Below are positions 61,400 to 64,000 of a DNA stretch of 64,000 nt, piece by piece. The position numbers and the translations under genes were made by a program. Position 1 is the first letter of the stretch. Every line of letters starts with the position of its first letter. This DNA comes from Nageia nagi (taxonomy: Eukaryota > Plantae > Pinophyta): NCBI GenBank assembly GCA_050084985.1, contig JBITNC010000001.1:116312001-116376000 (forward strand). The letters run 5' to 3'. The notes under the pieces were generated by a model that worked only from the letters and a program-made list of their open reading frames with translations, searched no databases and was not told the DNA's origin.

Positions 61400-64000
61400 A
61401 ATATAGAAATCATTAAAGAAAAAGATATCAAACCTATCCTTGGTGGCTTACCCACCAAGAGTAAGAAAAAGTTATCAAACCTATCCTTGGTGGCTTACCC
61501 ATCGAGAGTTTGATAAGAAATTGCCTTTGATTAAGGATTTATTGCCTCAAATTAATGATGAGGGATTACCAATTTATATGATAGAAATGTACCTACAAGC
61601 AACCATTTTTCTATGGATTTTGATAAGTATGACCCTCCCTTACAAATAATATTTTGATAACAATGTCTCAATTTATGTGATAGACCTGGACCTCTAAGCC
61701 ACCATGTTGCCATGGATTTTGATAAGCATGCACCTCCCTTACAAGGAAGCTTTTTGATAAGAATGTATCTCCCTTACAAAGATACTAATGATAAGCATGC
61801 CCCTTCCTTCCCTACAATGAAGCCAATGATAAGTGTGATATGACAAATATAATATGACAAGCATATGATATGTGAAATATTTTATGATATGAAAAAATAT
61901 CATATGATAAACATGGAAAACAAAGTAAGAATTTCTTCTTACCTTTTCCATCACTTATCGTTACGAAGAATTATATTTGATGATAATGATTGAATTTTAT
62001 CTTATTAACATAATGACATATCTCAAAACATAACAACATCACTAGGATCACCCATTAAATTTCTTGCTAATTTAGTTATAAATACAGAAAAGACATTCAT
62101 AACATGAAAAAGATCAAAAATAGAATTGTTTTATATGCATAAGATGTAATGGATTTCGTTCTTCTTTACCTCTAATAGTGGATAATTTATATGCCCACTA
62201 TTAAATATAAAGAAGGATGAAATTCAATAAATTATCCATACATTAAATAGAAAGGATTTCCCTAAGATCAATCCTTATACTTGTTCTATAAGCCCACAAA
62301 GTACAAGGTAATGTTTCATGCCAATCTTTACCATGTTTTTCAATAGGTTTGGAAAAGATACTTTTTATGACCTTATTAGAGGCTTCCGCTTGATGATTAT
62401 GTTGAGGATAATATGAGGTAGAAAACTTTCTTTGAATATGATATTTGTTACAAAACTCTTTAACTTCATTACCTTTAAAGCTTGTACCATTATCCATAAA
62501 TAATTTAGAAGGTATTCCATATTTAGAAATGATATATTCAATAAAAAATTCAACGATTTTACCTCCTTTACTTGACTTCATAAGAATAACATCCAATCAC
62601 TTTGTAAAATAATTCATGGATGTGATGATAAGCTTATGGTCATATCTAGAAATAGGGTTAATCTTTCCCATAAAATCAAGTGCCCAAATAGAAAAAGACC
62701 AAAAAGAAAGGATAGAGTGCAATCCATGTGATGGTGAGGGTTGAAGTTTAGTAGTCTTTTGATATTGTTCATATTTTTTGACATGCAATTCAAAATCTTC
62801 AAGCATGGTAGGCCAATAGTAACTTAGTATAAGTAATCTTTGATAAACTAATTTAGCACTAAAATATCCTCCACATTACCCATCATGAGCTTGATGGAGA
62901 TCCATTTCTACTTCATGCCTCATTAAACATCTAAGAAGAGCACCATCAAAATACCTTCTATATAATAGACCACCAATTACAACATATTTGGTAGCTAAGA
63001 TTCATACTCAACCATATTGTTAGTACAATCAAAACTTAATCAATAAAATATAAGAATAACATCACAATGTGGATTAATTAGTACAATTCCTTTCTTAGTT
63101 CTATGAATACACTTAGAACCATCAAAAAATAAATTTCATTCATATTTTTTAGAAAATCTTATGAAACTCTTAGGGTACTTAGGTTCACAAATGGAGTGAT
63201 GCCTCCTGGACATAACATTATCTTTGGGATCACGAGGACTTATGGTTCCTTTCTCATCAGTAAAATCCTCTTGAACCACATATTTTTTTATTTATTGGAT
63301 GATTTGCGATGAAATCTACAATAGCTTGTCCTTGAATTTTATAAACACTATGTCAAATTCATGAATCAACATTATCCATTAGGCAGCTCTATTAGAAAAA
63401 TAAGGTTTTGACATTAAGTACCTCAAAGGATCAGTTTGAGCTATAACATATGTTGTATTTCCAAGCATGTAATATCTTAATTTTTCTATTGAAAATACAA
63501 TAGAAAAATATGTTTACCCTATAGCTATATATCTTGTTTCATAATCAAAGTTTTGCTAATATAATAAATTGCTCTCTCTTTGTTTGCATCATCTTTTTGA
63601 GCTAACATTGCCCCCAATGCACTTAATGTTATAGAAACATAAAGTAATAAATTCCTCTGAAAATCATAAGGGGTTAATATGGGAGCTTTAGTAAGGTACC
63701 TCTTTATGTTGTCTAAATATTTTTTATATGTTTCATCCCAAATAAACTTTTCATCTTTCTTAAACAAATGAGAAAATGGGGTTGTTATATCAGTTAGTTG
63801 AGCAATAAATTTTATTATAGCTTGAACTTTACCTTGTATACTTATCAAATATTTCAAATTTTGAGATAGAGGCATATCAAAAATGGTTGAAACTTTCTTA
63901 GGATCCACCTTAATTCCTCTTTTTGAAATAATAAAAATTAAAAAATTACTCAAAGAAACTACAAATACACATATTAACGTTTCAATTTCAACTTAAATTC
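61400..64000 (-). mobile_element. Decayed Tat/Ogre-type gypsy pol (RT-RH-aRH-INT) with 3' tandem repeats, running off the window end
   Basis: GIKVDPKKV..., LGAMLAQ..ERAIYYISK, *NLFFDGSK..GIVLINP (about 63080-63138), WALDFMGKINP and AEASNKVIK..WAYRTS. Short repeats at 61420-61830. Confidence 0.85.

Noticed and set aside
53700-61954. Short ORF-track entries in the AT-rich right end
   Set aside because: Low-complexity I/L/F/Y/K-rich frames typical of decayed TE DNA, with no motifs or splice structure.

Overview
Eukaryotic, AT-rich plant nuclear DNA. The giant TE-filled introns, tRNA-iMet-primed LTR elements and heavy C>T/G>A decay suggest a large gymnosperm-type genome (inference). The only host gene is the 3' part of a pectin acetylesterase (PAE/Notum family) on the + strand: five exons (8459-8512, 8626-8703, 8813-8918, 17335-17480, 27225-27335) with canonical GT-AG introns of 113, 109, 8416 and 9744 bp. 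Its upstream exons lie left of the window. Nearly everything else is nested retrotransposon: (i) LINE fragments with RTEX/L2-like rather than plant-L1 motifs; (ii) solo LTRs with target-site duplications (TSDs); (iii) a CRM-like Ty3/gypsy split by a full-length degenerate Ty1/copia; (iv) Tat/Ogre relics with an extra RNase H; (v) five non-autonomous LTR elements that lack RT/RNaseH/integrase. Most notable are a very young (2 LTR mismatches in 315 bp) copia-gag derivative fused to an unknown acidic repeat protein, gypsy derivatives whose pol is replaced by filler, an LTR flanked by both a PPT and a PBS, and a dead duplicate of a PAE exon end that has lost its splice donor. No rRNA, tRNA or CRISPR is supported. 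All comparisons were made by eye.
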